Below the pieces are notes generated by a model. That model was not told the origin of the DNA. It searched no databases and saw only the letters and a program-made list of their open reading frames with translations. Positions 13,676 through 26,889 of a stretch of 60,000 nt of DNA are shown piece after piece (within the stretch, counting starts at the first letter, position 1; the number at the start of each line of letters is the position of its first letter). Source of the DNA: Camelus dromedarius (Eukaryota); contig NC_087438.1 in NCBI RefSeq assembly GCF_036321535.1, forward strand, positions 4,900,001 to 4,960,000. Direction: 5' to 3'. The position numbers were made by a program, and so were the translations under genes.

Positions 13676-14469
13676 CACAGATGTTTCATCAATGAAATGT
13701 GAGGAAGGAACAGTGAAATGAACACCTCTGGTTTTTCCCCAATGCGCATGCTCCATCTACTTTGGCGTTTACGTGAACTCTTGGAGGAACCCACGTAACT
13801 CATGAAAGAGAGACAAGTAACTCACCAGGGACTCCTGTCGCCTGGATCAGCAGAGACGTTTCAGACGGAGCCTGAGCGAGGGGGTACGGTCAGCGGTGAG
13901 ACTCATCCCTCAAGTATATTAGGGCAGCAACACACAGATAGACATAAGCGGACACTAGCATCTCACAGCTGTTACCCATCCAAAAATACACCCGGGATTC
14001 AAAGACCTTCCTTTCTCCACCTTTTCCCGTAGCGTGCCTTCACTGCTACTGAGCTTTGATGGATAATTAACTGAGTGAGAGAACCACCTGAATGTTCACC
14101 TCTCCCCAGGCTTACGCAATTCATATGTTTTGAGTGTTGAAAATTACATTTTGGACTCTAAATCTCCAGAGATGCATGTTGGTAAGGATAAAGCTGAAAT
14201 AAATGTTAAGAGAACGTGGTAATAAACTTTATATCCTCCTTACCCTGAGGGTCTGTGGGACTCTATGGGTTAATGGCTAGAACTCAAGGAAGTAATTAAG
14301 TAGAAGACAGGTGTCGCACGTGCTAACGGAATTTAGCTAATCCGCTCAGTGATAGAAAATTAGCTTTCAGTAAATGTTCGCTGAATTGACTTGGACTAAA
14401 AAGGGAAGGGGCTACTGCAATGACAATGTTGATAATGAAAATCATACATAGTGAAGATAAGGCGACGTC

Positions 14470-14635
14470 TTACAGAATATGCACCATGTCTGGGTGCTTT
14501 CCAAGCTTGGTTTTATTTCATCCTTGTGAAAATCACGTGTATCATGCACTGTCATCATTCCCACTTTATGATGAAGAAGTAGAGGCTAAGAGAAGTGACA
14601 TGTCCAAGGTCACACAGCCAGGAGTGGGTGAAGCT
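14470..14635 (-). mobile_element. MIR SINE
   Basis: 'cattcccactttatgatgaagaagtagaggctaagagaagtgacatgtccaaggtcacacagcc'. Confidence 0.8.
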
Positions 14636-16041
14636 GCCTGAGGGCTGTTTTCCTTCCTAGGGTGACAGTCCTTGCTTCCCTGATAAGGAAAGGGCACCGG
14701 ATCAAAGGGAGCAAGCTAAGGTGGGGAGATGCTCTCATGGCTCAGACACACGGACTTCATCCCAGCCCGGGTCAAAGGAGCCCAGCAGCTAGAAAAAGTG
14801 TCTCCAGGCTTCTTCTCAGGTCCCGACTGCACAGAGGAAGACCCATCTGATCCGCCTTATACAGCCCACAGGTGTGCCACCCCACATCCTGGATAACTCT
14901 CTGTGCACAAAGTTTTAGCATCTCGCTGTTTTCCATTGCTGTGAAAGAAAAACAAAACTTCTTTTAGTGTTTCATGATTAGCTGAGTGTCCGTTCTCTGA
15001 CCCATTTTAAAGTCTGATGTAAGATGATCAGACGCCTGGCAGGTCAGCCCAAGGCTTTGAAGAATCAAAGTCCTTCATGTCTGAGACTACAATCCAGCCC
15101 ACATTTGCTCGTTACACAGAAAATCGTATTTGCCATTTCCTGCTTGCTTAGGATAAAATACTGACAGTGTCCTGCGTTCTGCTAGGTTTGACAATATTGT
15201 TAAGTTGGCTGCATGGTCTTCTGTGGAACATAAGTGGTTGTAATTCTTACTACCATTGAAACACTTGATGAGCTTTGAATCTGGGCTGATTGAGTAAAGG
15301 CGGCTCCCACCCACTCAACCCTGACAGCTGTTTTGCACAACGTGAAGAGTGAGCTGTGATACACCTAGTCTCCACATACCCATGTTTCTGTGATGTCCCT
15401 AAGCATACTTGGAAAAATCATGCAAATTTTAATGGCCACTGCAACCCTTCGTAATAAATTGTAAATAGCAAAACAAGATGCTCTTCATTTGCATTAAGCC
15501 CTGGGATCTGGGTGCATTAAAACCCTGGCATCAACACAAGAAGAAAGTTTGCTCGCTTGAGATTCAGAAAAGAGATTCAGTGTCACAAAATCATTCCAGA
15601 GATTTCAAAATGGCTTCTTTTTAATCTACTGACAAGAAGTACCAAACTCTAAGACCTTCCTGTAAAGCTTCACCTTGATATTCCTATACATTAATTCAAA
15701 TATCACACCCATTTATACTTTCTGGATGGTAGTTGGAGTTCAAAATTCTCTTTACTTTGAGTCACTGCAGTTGTTCCTGGTGATCTTCAAAGCTTGATGC
15801 TCAGATTTTTGTCAAACGATACTGTTACCAAGATAAAGAGAAGAGGTTGTGCTTAGGTTTACATTTCTGGGTTCAAGACTGAATCAAGGCTTTCTTTCTC
15901 AGGACACAGACATGCTATCATGGTTTTCTTCCTTTAACCACACCCACCTCCAGAGAACCCCAGCCCCCAGAGCAGCCCCCATCACGGGGAGGGGGGGATA
16001 ATGCAACAATCAAATGTGAGATGTGCTCTTTACTTCTGCAG

Positions 16042-16043
<2 letters not shown>

Positions 16044-16086
<43 letters not shown>
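16044..16086. repeat. (AC)21 microsatellite
   Basis: Perfect dinucleotide run. Confidence 0.98.
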
Positions 16087-16088
<2 letters not shown>

Positions 16089-17145
16089 AACTTGAGTCAG
16101 CATGCATTAAATGATTTAAAATCCAACAATGTGCTGGATTTCAGTGCACATATTGCTCTTTTAATGTACTTTTACGTATAATCAAATGGCCCATGGGGAG
16201 GGGAGTCAAACAACTTGGGTTGAACGTGGCTGATTGGCCACTGCTGGGGTGGTCCATGCTTCTTTCCACAATATCTGTTGGAACACCCAGATTCCTAAGA
16301 TTCTCTCTAGTTCTAATTTTTGTCCACTGTTTTGTTTCATATCAGTCTAGATCCAAAAATAGTGCCTTCACCATTTTTCATAAGAAATTCACTTATGCCG
16401 CTGACTTCACGAGTTTGGTAGACTTTGATAAATTTTTGGACTTTGGACTTTGGAAAAACTTTGATTTTTCATTTAAATAGAAATAAATTTTAAAAGCATA
16501 ATTTTTTTCTTGGAAGTTTGGACATTTTAAGGAATAAAGAATCAACATTTATATACATAAATAAAAGTGTTTTTTTTTAAAGAGAAGTTCTGAGTTGCCA
16601 ACAATGGGTCCTTATTCAACGTTGCATTATTAATAAGGCTAAACAGATTTGAGACTATTGCTGTTACTCATTCGATGATCTCTTTTTTGGTTGATTTATC
16701 TACATTAGAAACCTTTGTTGATGTTTTGATTCTTGACCCACAGGACTAGGAAAATAGCATACTTATTTCAAAATGGTGTATGTTTAGGAAAAAAACATAA
16801 TTACAGAGAAATAAAATAACTCTTTTTTCATTGAAACGTTTTGTGCTTCTCTCTGAATTTTAGCCATTGTCTATCACCATGACAACTAAGTTTGCTACTG
16901 GGTGTGTCACCTGCCATTTGAAACTTCACCAAAGATGTCTGCCTTCAGAGCTCTTGGTATCACCTAATGTTAAGCAACCCGAAATGAACAGCAAATGCCC
17001 GCCGCCCCGAGGGTGTATCTTTGGTCTATTAAAAAATACATAGATTTTAGGCATCAACAGAGCATTTGAGAACAAAGGGTGCAGACTATCACCAGGCAGC
17101 TTTGGTAGGGGAAAAAAATCAGTGTGACAGGGCCATAGCATCAGC

Positions 17146-17257
17146 CAGCCCTAGAGGGCAAGAAGTGCTAACCAGCAGCCCCCAGAGGGAGGAAGTGCTA
17201 ACCACCAAGCCCAAAGGGAAGAAGCACCGCCCATCAGCCCTAGGGGGAAGAAGGACC
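17146..17257 (+). repeat. Degenerate ~30-bp minisatellite, about 3.7 copies
   Basis: cagccctagagggcaagaagtgctaaccag / cagcccccagagggaggaagtgctaaccac / caagcccaaagggaagaagcaccgcccat / cagccctagggggaagaaggacc. Confidence 0.8.
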
Positions 17258-17902
17258 AGGCAGAGCAGCGCAGACTTAGGCCTGTCTTCAGATCCAGTTC
17301 AACAGACTAAAATCCAGGCAGTAAGTTCCTGTGAGTTACCTCTTTGATAGCATCTGGCTGAGAAACTTTGACTCCATCTCTGAAGTTTCCCTTCCTCCTC
17401 TCAACACTCTGTATACCTTTTGATGTTCCCAAGAGAGATACGTAAATGGAGAACACAAACGCTTCCCTAACCGCCTCTGCTAAAGCTGACGGGGTTACTC
17501 CTTCTTTATCTTCTTCCACTGCCACATCCTGATGTCCATCTCTGGGTGCCATAATCCAGTAAGCGTGCCTCAACTTGACCTTCCCTTCCTGGGAGGTCAT
17601 GGGGAGTGGGCGTGTGGCGTGCTGACAAGGAGATGGGCAGCTGTGGCTGGAGTCAGGTGGGTATCTGTAGACAAAGCATTGGAGAGATAACAACTGATTT
17701 TAATTTCTCCCTAGAAATAAATAAATAAATTTTAATTTCTTCTCCCTAGAGAAGAAAACCAAAAACTAAATCAATAAACAATAATCTTTTGGGGGGATGA
17801 GAGATCTGAAATATGTGTAAAGCTTATAAGATATTTTTGTTCCTCTTTGGATTCTTGAAATTTGAACTCCAGAAATAATCTCAGGGGAGCTGAGCTGTAA
17901 GC

Positions 17903-18115
17903 ACATGATTCAGCAAACTGTTTCTTAAAGGAGGAGATAGTAACATTTTAGGTTTTGTGGATCAAGAGGACAAACCAAGGATGTTATGTAGATACTCACA
18001 TGACCACTTAAAATGAAACTGTTTTAAAATGTAAAAGCCAGCCTTGGTTTGCAGTCTGTACAAAAACAGGCAGTGAGCCAGTCTTGGCCTACTGGCCATA
18101 GTCTGTTGACCCCTG
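17903..18115. mobile_element. MER58-type hAT-Charlie MITE
   Basis: 'cagcaaactgtttcttaaagg...acaaaaacaggcagtgagccag...ggccatagtctgttgacccctg'. Confidence 0.75.
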
Positions 18116-18799
18116 CATTAAAGGCTTTAACGTTATTGGAAATTTGTCTTCTCTTAAGAGACAGAAACAAAAAGAACAAGAAAGAATCTTAACTATGAGT
18201 GAATTTAAGTTTTCAAAAATATAACTTTAAAATTAATTAAGCTACCTTGAATCTGGCTCCTATTCTTTACAACCTAAGAGTTTATAAAGGCAGGAATAGG
18301 TCATGGGTTGGTTAGTCTCAAAGGTCTCAGGACAAAACTTGGTCTTCCCTGATTCCACAGTACTATTTGTAATGTGGACTGAACAATATGGAGAATGTTA
18401 GGTTCCCAAGTCTTATCCTGCCTTCATAAGCTCCTCTATGTATCAATTTACAAGACCTCTCAGAAAACACTTTGAAATAAAAATAATTGCCTTGTTCTTG
18501 GAAATGATATTTTAGAAATGAAGGCACAACTTTTTGAATTAGGAAATAAAAGGAAAAATATAATAATTTTTCTTCTTATACTGGTGTCCTGATAGCTTAT
18601 TTTGGAACATCACATATAATGATTCTAGAACATCTGAAACGAATGGATACTTAGAAACACATACATGGCTTGATGGTGAGCACACTGAATATTTACCAGT
18701 ATCATTCAGAAGATTCTTTAAGGAGGATTTATGTCATTTCAGCCCCTATATGTCTAAGATTTCTTTAAAGATCATTTTATACAGTAGATAACACCCTAC

Positions 18800-20450
18800 C
18801 AGAGTGGCAGCAGAAAGCCCTTGTTAGGAAGTTAATGCAGTTATCCCAGGGAGGGAGGATAAGGGCTGTAGCATCTCAGACTGTGGTCTCATAATGCGGA
18901 TGTATTTCAAGAGTTGAACTGATAGGGTTTCTTGATGGACTGGGTGTGGAGGCTGAGGGAAAGAGAAAAGGCAAAGATAAACCCTAGACTCCTGGTCTGG
19001 GAAATCATGTAAGTTACAGTATCATTTCCTGAGATGGGGGAAGCCTATGGTGGCGTGTAGAATTCAGAAATTCTGTTTTGTACATAATAAGTTTGAAACT
19101 CCTTAGGTATCTGGGTGGGAATATCAAGGAAACATGTGCGTCCACATTGAGTCTCAGGGGAGATCTTAGAGATGGAGACACACATATTGGTGTGATCAGC
19201 TCCCGGGGCTGGATGTGATCACACAGAGAGGTGGAAAATGTGGACGGAGAAGGACACCTGGAGCCAACCTGGAGCTGCCGCTGTGTAGACTTGGGGAAGA
19301 TTTGGAGGCGCCATCAAAGGGGGCAAAAGGGGACAATCATTGAGAAGGAAGAAGCCATGCTGGGCAGGATGTTGATCTAGAGAATGAGGGAGGAAAGATT
19401 TTCAAGAGAGTCAAATGTTTCAGGGAATTCTGTCAAGAAGGACTGAGGAGTGACGTTAAAACTGGCCAACCACAGTCCACAGCCACCCTGAGAGTGCGAT
19501 GGTAGAAACAGAAGCCTGGTTAGAAGCGTTTAAAAAGAGAATCAGCAGTGTCTACAGACCATTGCTCCTCGAAGCACTGTCTCTGGCCTCGAAGTATTGG
19601 CATCGCCTGTGAGCTTCTTAAATATTCAGAATCTCAGGCTCTGCCCCAGACTTACTGAATCAGAGCTGTGTTTTGACGAGGTCATCCCTGTGCAAGTTGA
19701 AGAAGCATTGGTTCCACAACTCTGTTGAGGTCTTTCACTATATAGGTGAGCAGAGCCACAGAGCTACTCCCCACTACAGTGAAGGAGGATAAGGGAAATG
19801 GGATAAAAGGTTTTGTTTTTTTTAACGATATGACCTAATATAACATTTTTTGTTGATTACCATGATCTATTAAAGATGGGAACATTTAATGATGAAGAAG
19901 TAGGTAATTGCAAAAACAGCGATCTAAAGGAGGCAAAAGAAAGAGACCCAGTGTCCAGGTGGAGGGCCGGCCTTAAGTAGAAGCACGATGGGGGACAGAG
20001 CCTGGGGCCTCACTGCAGGGAGACTGGCCTATTTGGTGATGGGAGATGAAGTTGCTTTCTTTGTTTTCTGCTTCCTCAGTGAAATAAGAAACATGATCAT
20101 CAGTTGAACGTAAGCAGGGAAGTTGGTGTTGAGGTTTAAGAAAAATCAGAAGATCTGAACCGTTTTCTCTGGGAGCATGAAAACTCTTTGCGAAGAAATA
20201 CAGTGGGATGACTCGGCAGCAATGAGGACCCGCTGAGGATTCATGGCCGTAAATTAAAAAGAAAGGCCAATCAGCACAGTGACTTTTTTCTCTCAGTCCA
20301 CATTAAGCCCTTCAGATGCAGGCACACAGCAGACAGTGAATTGATTTAACTGGCGTTGGGACTCTGCCAGGCAAATATGGAGGTGATGGCAAGGAGGGGT
20401 GAGGAATCAAAGTCCTGGGAAGAAGACATAGAAATGTTGGCCCCATAATA
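18800..20450 (-). mobile_element. L2 fragments (interrupted by MER5A)
   Basis: 'ggactgggtgtggaggctgagggaaagagaaaaggcaaagataaccctagac...ttctgttttgtacataataagtttga'. Confidence 0.7.
19559..19711. mobile_element. MER5A hAT-Charlie
   Basis: 'cagaatctcaggctctgccccagacttactgaatcagag'. Confidence 0.75.
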
Positions 20451-20512
20451 AGGTCAGACAAAAGGTTTAAAGACCCCAGTTCAGTCCGAAATGTTAGAAT
20501 TGGGGTTCAAGG

Positions 20513-20699
20513 TAAGGTTACCAGATTTGGCAAATAATAACCCAGGATGCCCAGTTAATTTGAATTTCAGAATAAAAACAATATTTTAGTAAAAGTGTCC
20601 CTGCAAATGCTTTATGGGCATAATCATTTTGTAAATATGAAACTATTTATTTGAAACTCAAATTTAACGGGGCACCTTATATTTAATCTGGAGACCCTG
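20513..20699. mobile_element. MER53 hAT MITE (palindromic)
   Basis: 'ggttaccagatttggcaaata...cccagttaatttgaatttcag' ... 'tgaaactcaaatttaacggggcacc...atctggagaccctg' are inverted arms. Confidence 0.8.
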
Positions 20700-21164
20700 G
20701 CCCAAGAGACAGTGAGCTGTGGGTTTGAAGGCCATTATCTGGGAACTGAAGGCTTTACAGTGAGGTCCAGACAGTGATCTAATCAGGGCAGTTGGAAAAG
20801 TGTAGGGAATGACAGCGGCCATGGGGGAAGAGGCTTCGGGGGGCTGTCAGGAATGGCCGAGGAGCTGGAATTCCAGGACTGGGAGCAGACTGACTTGATG
20901 GATGCAATGGATGCTGAATTTGTGATATACACACACACACACATATCTTCTTTATCCAGTCAGCCATTGACTGTCCTTCAATATTCTTTCCTAACCAGTC
21001 TACCACGAAATCAGAAATTCTCACCAGTGAGATACATTTTGTGGATGAAAGCTGAGAATTCAATCTCTTTTTCTCTTCAGTAGTTTGCCCTTACCTTCAA
21101 ACACAGTTCTGCACAGAAGTCTAATACAAAATTCAGGGGAAAATGCACTTTGCTCAGCAGACCC

Positions 21165-21340
21165 TGCACCAGCCAAGCATGTTTGCATATTTGATCTTCA
21201 CAGCAGCCTTGAGCGTTAGGAGTCATTCCCTTTCATGACGTAGACAAGGAAACTGAAGCTTCAAGTGGTTAGGTTTCCCACACCCCTCAGCTGCTAAACA
21301 GCAGGCATTGCAGGTCAGGTCTCTCTGGCTTCAAATAAAG
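21165..21340 (-). mobile_element. MIR SINE
   Basis: 'ttgatcttcacagcagcc...agacaaggaaactgaagcttcaagtggttagg'. Confidence 0.65.
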
Positions 21341-23654
21341 CGTGAAAATTTATTCCGACACCCACAGCAACTCACACGCCTTCCCCGGCCACGCTCTCCG
21401 GCCCGCGTGCAGACCCAGCTCTCTCCGGGTGTCCAGGTGTTGCTGGGCTTCTGATCCTGGCCTCAGCGCTCACTCATCCCACAGATGGAGGGTGGGGGCC
21501 AGCCCATGGCAGGCAGTTGGGCTGACTGGTCCTTCTGCAGCACCTCCGGGGTGAGGTCCTTGTGTGCAGCCCCATCCCCGGGTCCACGTGCAATCTCATC
21601 ACAACCAAAGATCTTCAATCCTGAAGGGAGGGGGTCCCCCAGGACACACACTCAGAACCCCACCCCACCTAGTTCTGCTCATCAGAGAGCAGAGGAAGCA
21701 TGCTTTTTGGAGGATAACAGAGAGATTTATAGGAGTAGATGCCCAAAGGACAGTAGGGAGGAAAAGGAGAAAGAGAAACAAAACAACCGAAGGTGGATCC
21801 CTTGCTCCAGCCCTATTTTTAGAGTTTATTTACTGATTAAGGAGCCCACGTCCAGATGAGCAGAGGTGCTGCCTGCCCCTCGCTGGCACCTGCTCCCTGC
21901 TCTGGGGACCACACCTGGGTCTGATGGTGGCTGACGAGTCTCCAAGGGGCCATGTTGGCTTCCTGTTCTGGGTGGGATTTCTAGGACTAAACGTCCTTTT
22001 CTCAACGAACACAAAGTTATTTGATCTTCACTCCCCGCATGGACCAGCCATTTCCTAAACAAAATAAATCACTTAAAATTGGCTTTGACCAGTAAGCTGG
22101 AACCGAGCAGGGCTTCCCTCTTCGCCCCACTTTGGGAGCCCAGTGTGATATAAGGAAGGCTATTATCAGCCAAATGGCCGGGGGGGGGGCACATTTAACT
22201 TGCGGTCAGTGAGGTGGTGGAAATTTCGGAGTCGCTGCACCAGCAGACAAAGCGGGGCAGTCAGTAATCACCACGTTCCGGGATGTTTTCTAGCACTTCC
22301 GTCTTGAACATACGGAGCGAGTTTCTTCCTCTCGGCCATCTATACCTGGTTTTCACTGAATCAGCCGATGGTCTGCTTAATTTCACAGGGACGTAATCTG
22401 GAAGAGCACAAAATTCACAATTGTAGTAGCAGTTACGGTTAAGAGAAGGTAGCCTGTGGTCACCAGGGTGTATGTCCATCTGCGGGTCTTCTGGAAACAA
22501 TGGAAATGTTGTCATTGCCCAGCTTCAGTTAATGTTTCAGTGAGCCTGAGTGGTCAGGGTTCACTAAGACTGCTCAGTGCAGGGAGCGACAGAGATTCTG
22601 AGACCTGGTCCAGGGTGAGCAGAAATCATGAGGAGTGAAGCACAGACACGAAGGACCTGGGAACAAAGGCAGCCGGAGGGCCACCAGACGTGTGAGGGGC
22701 TGGAGGGGCTGCTCAGCTTGGCAGGCTTGCTGCCATGTATCAAACACAACCAGGATCACAGAATGCCTCCTTCCTTGGCAATAGGGGCAAGATTCATAAT
22801 TTTGAAAAGTAATCTTACTTAATCTTAGTGTTTTAGTATTTCAACTTCATTAAGTAATCAAATGGGAACATTGTTCAACACATAGATATGCATTTCACTG
22901 GCAACTTTTTGAAGGCCTGTTTTATAAAGTGAGCCATGCATGAACAAGGGCAACTCGGGGACCATCCACACAATGAATTTTTACTCACAGACATTGATTT
23001 CCAGTAAAGCCTGAAAAGATGGAGTCACGGAGCTGATCCACTTGAAATCAGAGGGTGGCTCTTCTGCAGGATGGGGGCGGGGGGGAGGGCGGGAATGGAT
23101 GAGCTGCCTAAGACTGGGCCACTTACCCTGCAAGTTACATGACAAAGTTGTTCATCTTGGTAATCCTTGCAGGGCCAAGCCACTAGAGGAGTGACACAGT
23201 GAAACATGTTGCAGATCAGAACAGCCACATTTTAGGGCACACCGACCTCCTCAGCCTCTATTACCATGTCACTATCCAGTTCCATTCTCTACGTGTGCCC
23301 ACTTCACACGGCTTGACCGTTCCTCACGGAGACGGGGCTTGGGAACTCCTTGAGAGAACAGTGGGACTCACGCTGCCTTCGGATTGTCCCCGGCGGCTCC
23401 TGCGGTCGGAGGCAGCAGGCTTCAGACCCCCGGTGAGGCTGCCGGGCAGCTCAAGTGAGGCGCCGCCTGCTGGCTGGAATGGCCACACGTGACTGCCGCC
23501 GCCTCTCGTCAGTGACTGTCCACGCCTCCTGTTTCTCCCTTTTGACAACTGCAGCTGGGTTGCCTCCCTCTTCTCGCTGTATCTTTAGTTATTTGGTGGA
23601 GCCCTCTGTTCCCACAATGAGATGTTTTAGGGGGGAATCTGATTGCCAGCCTCA

Positions 23655-23825
23655 TCCACCACTTAACCATCTGTACGACTGTGAACAAGTCTCTCCGCTT
23701 CTCTGAAACTCAGTTATTCATTTTGTAAAATGGAGGTAATACTAGTTGCCTCACAGGGTAATTGTAAGAATTACACTGAGTACAAGTACTTGGATAAAGC
23801 TCACAGTCAGAGCAGGGCTTTGGTG
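23655..23825 (+). mobile_element. MIR SINE
   Basis: 'ctctgaaactcagttattcattttgtaaaatggaggtaatactagttgcctcacagggtaattgtaagaatt'. Confidence 0.75.
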
Positions 23826-23874
23826 CATGCCATCTCCCATCCCTGTTTCTTATTCTATAATCCAGCTTCACTCC

Positions 23875-24308
23875 TGTGTTAGTTCCTGTGGCCGCCATAA
23901 CAAATTCCTACAAACGGGGTGGCTTGAAACAGCAGAAGCTTATTCTCTCACAGTTCTAGAAGCTCAGAGTGTCGGCAGAGCCATGCTCTCTCTGAAGACT
24001 CCGGGGAGGAGTCCCTCCTTGCCTCAGTCCTTGGGCTTCATTGGCTACAGCTGCCAGCTGCCGTCACTTCAGTCGCTGCCTCCATCCTCACGTGTCCCCT
24101 CTGTATCCTTCCTCCCTCTGTGTGCCTAAGTGTCCTCTCCTCTTCTTAGAGGAGCACGAGCCCTTAGATTTGGAGCCTAACCAATGCAGGACAACCTCCC
24201 CTTAACTTCATTAATACCGCCGTCAAAGATCCCATTTCCAAATAAGGTCGTGTTCTGAGGTTTCAGATGGATATGAATTTGGGGGACATGATTCACACCA
24301 CTGTAACA
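23875..24308 (-). mobile_element. MLT1B-like MaLR solo LTR
   Basis: TG...CA ends; 'ccataacaaattcctacaaacggggtggcttgaaacagcagaagcttattctctcacagttctag...atttccaaataaggtc...gaatttgggggac'. Confidence 0.85.
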
Positions 24309-24859
24309 CTGAAATGTCTATAGTTTCTTGGAAGGATATGACCTTAATTTTTTCTTAAAATCCCTAAAACCCTCCCAAAGTATGTATATTTTATAAATAC
24401 CTACTAAAATGCTTATTGATTTTTCTGATTAACTTAAAAAATACCCAATTTGACATTTTCATCATTAGTAAGGTGTCATGACCTACTGGGGTGTCTTTAA
24501 TGGCACAGAATGTTTTTTCACACCTCTGTGCGGTCCATCTGTCTCGCTGGACTGGTTTCTACTGCGTATGGACGTCATCATCAGGTTACAAATCTGCAGG
24601 GAGGTTTTGAGACAGTTCAAATCCTGGGATCTGTGATCAGCTCCTATCACTTTCAAAAGATACCTTGTGTTCTAGGAACAGAGTCAAAAGCTGTCATTCC
24701 CTGTTTTACTATGTAAGATGATATTCCTCAAAAACAAGGTTTTGGGGGGAAGACGTCAGTAGTTAAGCTGCTGTTTCAATAACTAAACAAAATTTGGCAT
24801 TTGTCACTACCTTTATAAAAATTTAAAACTTATTAATAAATTATATTCAATATCAGTCA

Positions 24860-24972
24860 TAGAATTGTAAGAATAAAATAATCTTAGAGATGTTAGCTTC
24901 AATCCTCTCAGTTCACAGCTGAGAAGACTGATGTCCCCGAAGGTTAAGTGGCGACTTTCACAGAATTACACA
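24860..24972 (-). mobile_element. MIR/MIR3 fragment
   Basis: 'ttcacagctgagaagactgatgtccccgaaggttaagtg'. Confidence 0.55.
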
Positions 24973-26889
24973 AAACCACCTTAGTAACCAACGTCCATTA
25001 GTGAGCACCTCCCTCCACACCAACACCAGTCTGTAGGTTGGATTTTTAGGGACTCCTAATTGGTGTCATTATTTCAGAAGTCTTTCTCCCCTCAGGCATT
25101 TTGATCAACTTTCTTGCTTTCTTAAATGTCAGTTAGCAGCTCCAATTTTTAAGATACACTTGGATAAAAAAGATTTCCAAAAATCATTTGGATGATTTAA
25201 TGATCATTCTTGTGTAGTCATACATCAATACAGCACCATAGAAAGAGAGATTTGGTACCATATTAAAATATTTCTTGAGCATCACTGTAGGATGGGAATT
25301 CTGACATTTGTTCAAAACAAAGTCAAAAAAGATCTAGAATAATTCTTCCAAGACTCATAGTCATAGCTTATAAACTAGTCACTCAAATGCCATATACTGA
25401 ATTTAATAAGATATGCAAGAACTTTCATAACATCAGCAGAGAGAGGACGTGTCAAGAAAGGCTTCTCGTGTCATTTGAACTAGGACCTCAGGAGGAGAAG
25501 GGCACAGAGGAGAACATACTGTTCTTGGAAGGACAGAAATAAATGTGAGATTATGAAAGCAGGAGGCGAGCTCAGTGTCCCCAGAAGGCTTAGCCTGCCT
25601 GTAGGTCATTTAATTAATTCATTCAAAAAGTGAGTACTGGGTCTTGTTCTGATCTAGGCACCATTAAGCACAAGGCATAAAGCAATTAAGACCCTGAGTC
25701 TGCCATCAACTGGAGTGGATCATTCACTCCTAAGATTTAGAATTTGATTGGCTTCAAAGATTTATCACCCTGCTTCATCCATTAGCCAGCCAGAATGGAG
25801 AGATTGCCACCTGAGTCTCCATTTGGGGGATATCTGCAGACAAGGGGGTTCACGGGAAGTAAATGTGTGCGGAAGAGAGGGTAAGAACATGGGCGGGGCC
25901 TCTGGGCACGCGACCCTTGCCATGTTTTCAGGCTGACGGCTGACAACGCTGATTTTTCTGAGGCTCCCTCCAAGCGTGGCTACATGGGTAGTCTTGGTAA
26001 CAGTGAGTAGTGGCGGGGTATCAGGAAGGGGACTCATCTCAGTTCACAAACCTGTCTTAACGGTACTAGTCTCAAGCCTCAGGTTTTCCCCTTCTTCTGA
26101 CTCATCCAAAAATATTTTGAACTTCTTTCTATTTAATTTAGTTGAATGAGGAGGGGACCACACCCGTTGGTGTGGTCCAATCAGCAGCAAGCTCTGGGGG
26201 AGTGGGTGGCCACAGGCGAGAGATGGAAAAGATGCTGGCAGTGACCACGTGATTTGCTTAAACATGTACCCTCTCCTATGCCTCAAAGAAACTTATCTGC
26301 AGGCACATTCCATTTTCTGATTAGATAAGCCAGGGCTTTGTGATTTTTCTTTTTGTAACTAACCAGCTTTTGAATATACCTGTAAAGTCTATTAGTTTAC
26401 TGTTTTTCATTTGTTCACTTTTGTTTAGAAATGAGTTTATCTAAAGCTCTTTAGAAAGGAGTCCTCCTGTATTTACTGGACTTAAATAATCTAGCTGCAA
26501 AGAAAATCTCTGCAAGGGAACGTGTCGATAGTACAGTGGTAAACCTTTGAGTTCTAATGATGGAAAATGCTAAGCCAACATCTTTTTCCCACTAATTTGG
26601 AAAATCAGTGTTAGATCTCTATGAGCTTTCTTAAAGGGAATAAAGTGTTAAAGATTCATACAAATTTCTTCTCGTCTTTTCACACGCAGAGTCTCCTGGG
26701 GTTGAAATATTTAATTTCCACGCATGTTTTCATCATTGATATATATGTGCGACTACATCTATGATATGTATGTGGGATTCCATACACATTTATGTATATA
26801 TACTCAGATACATATATAATATCATCAAGATAGTCTATATCTTTAGGCTTTTTTCTCTGTGACACTTGATAATTTGTGCATATAATAGA

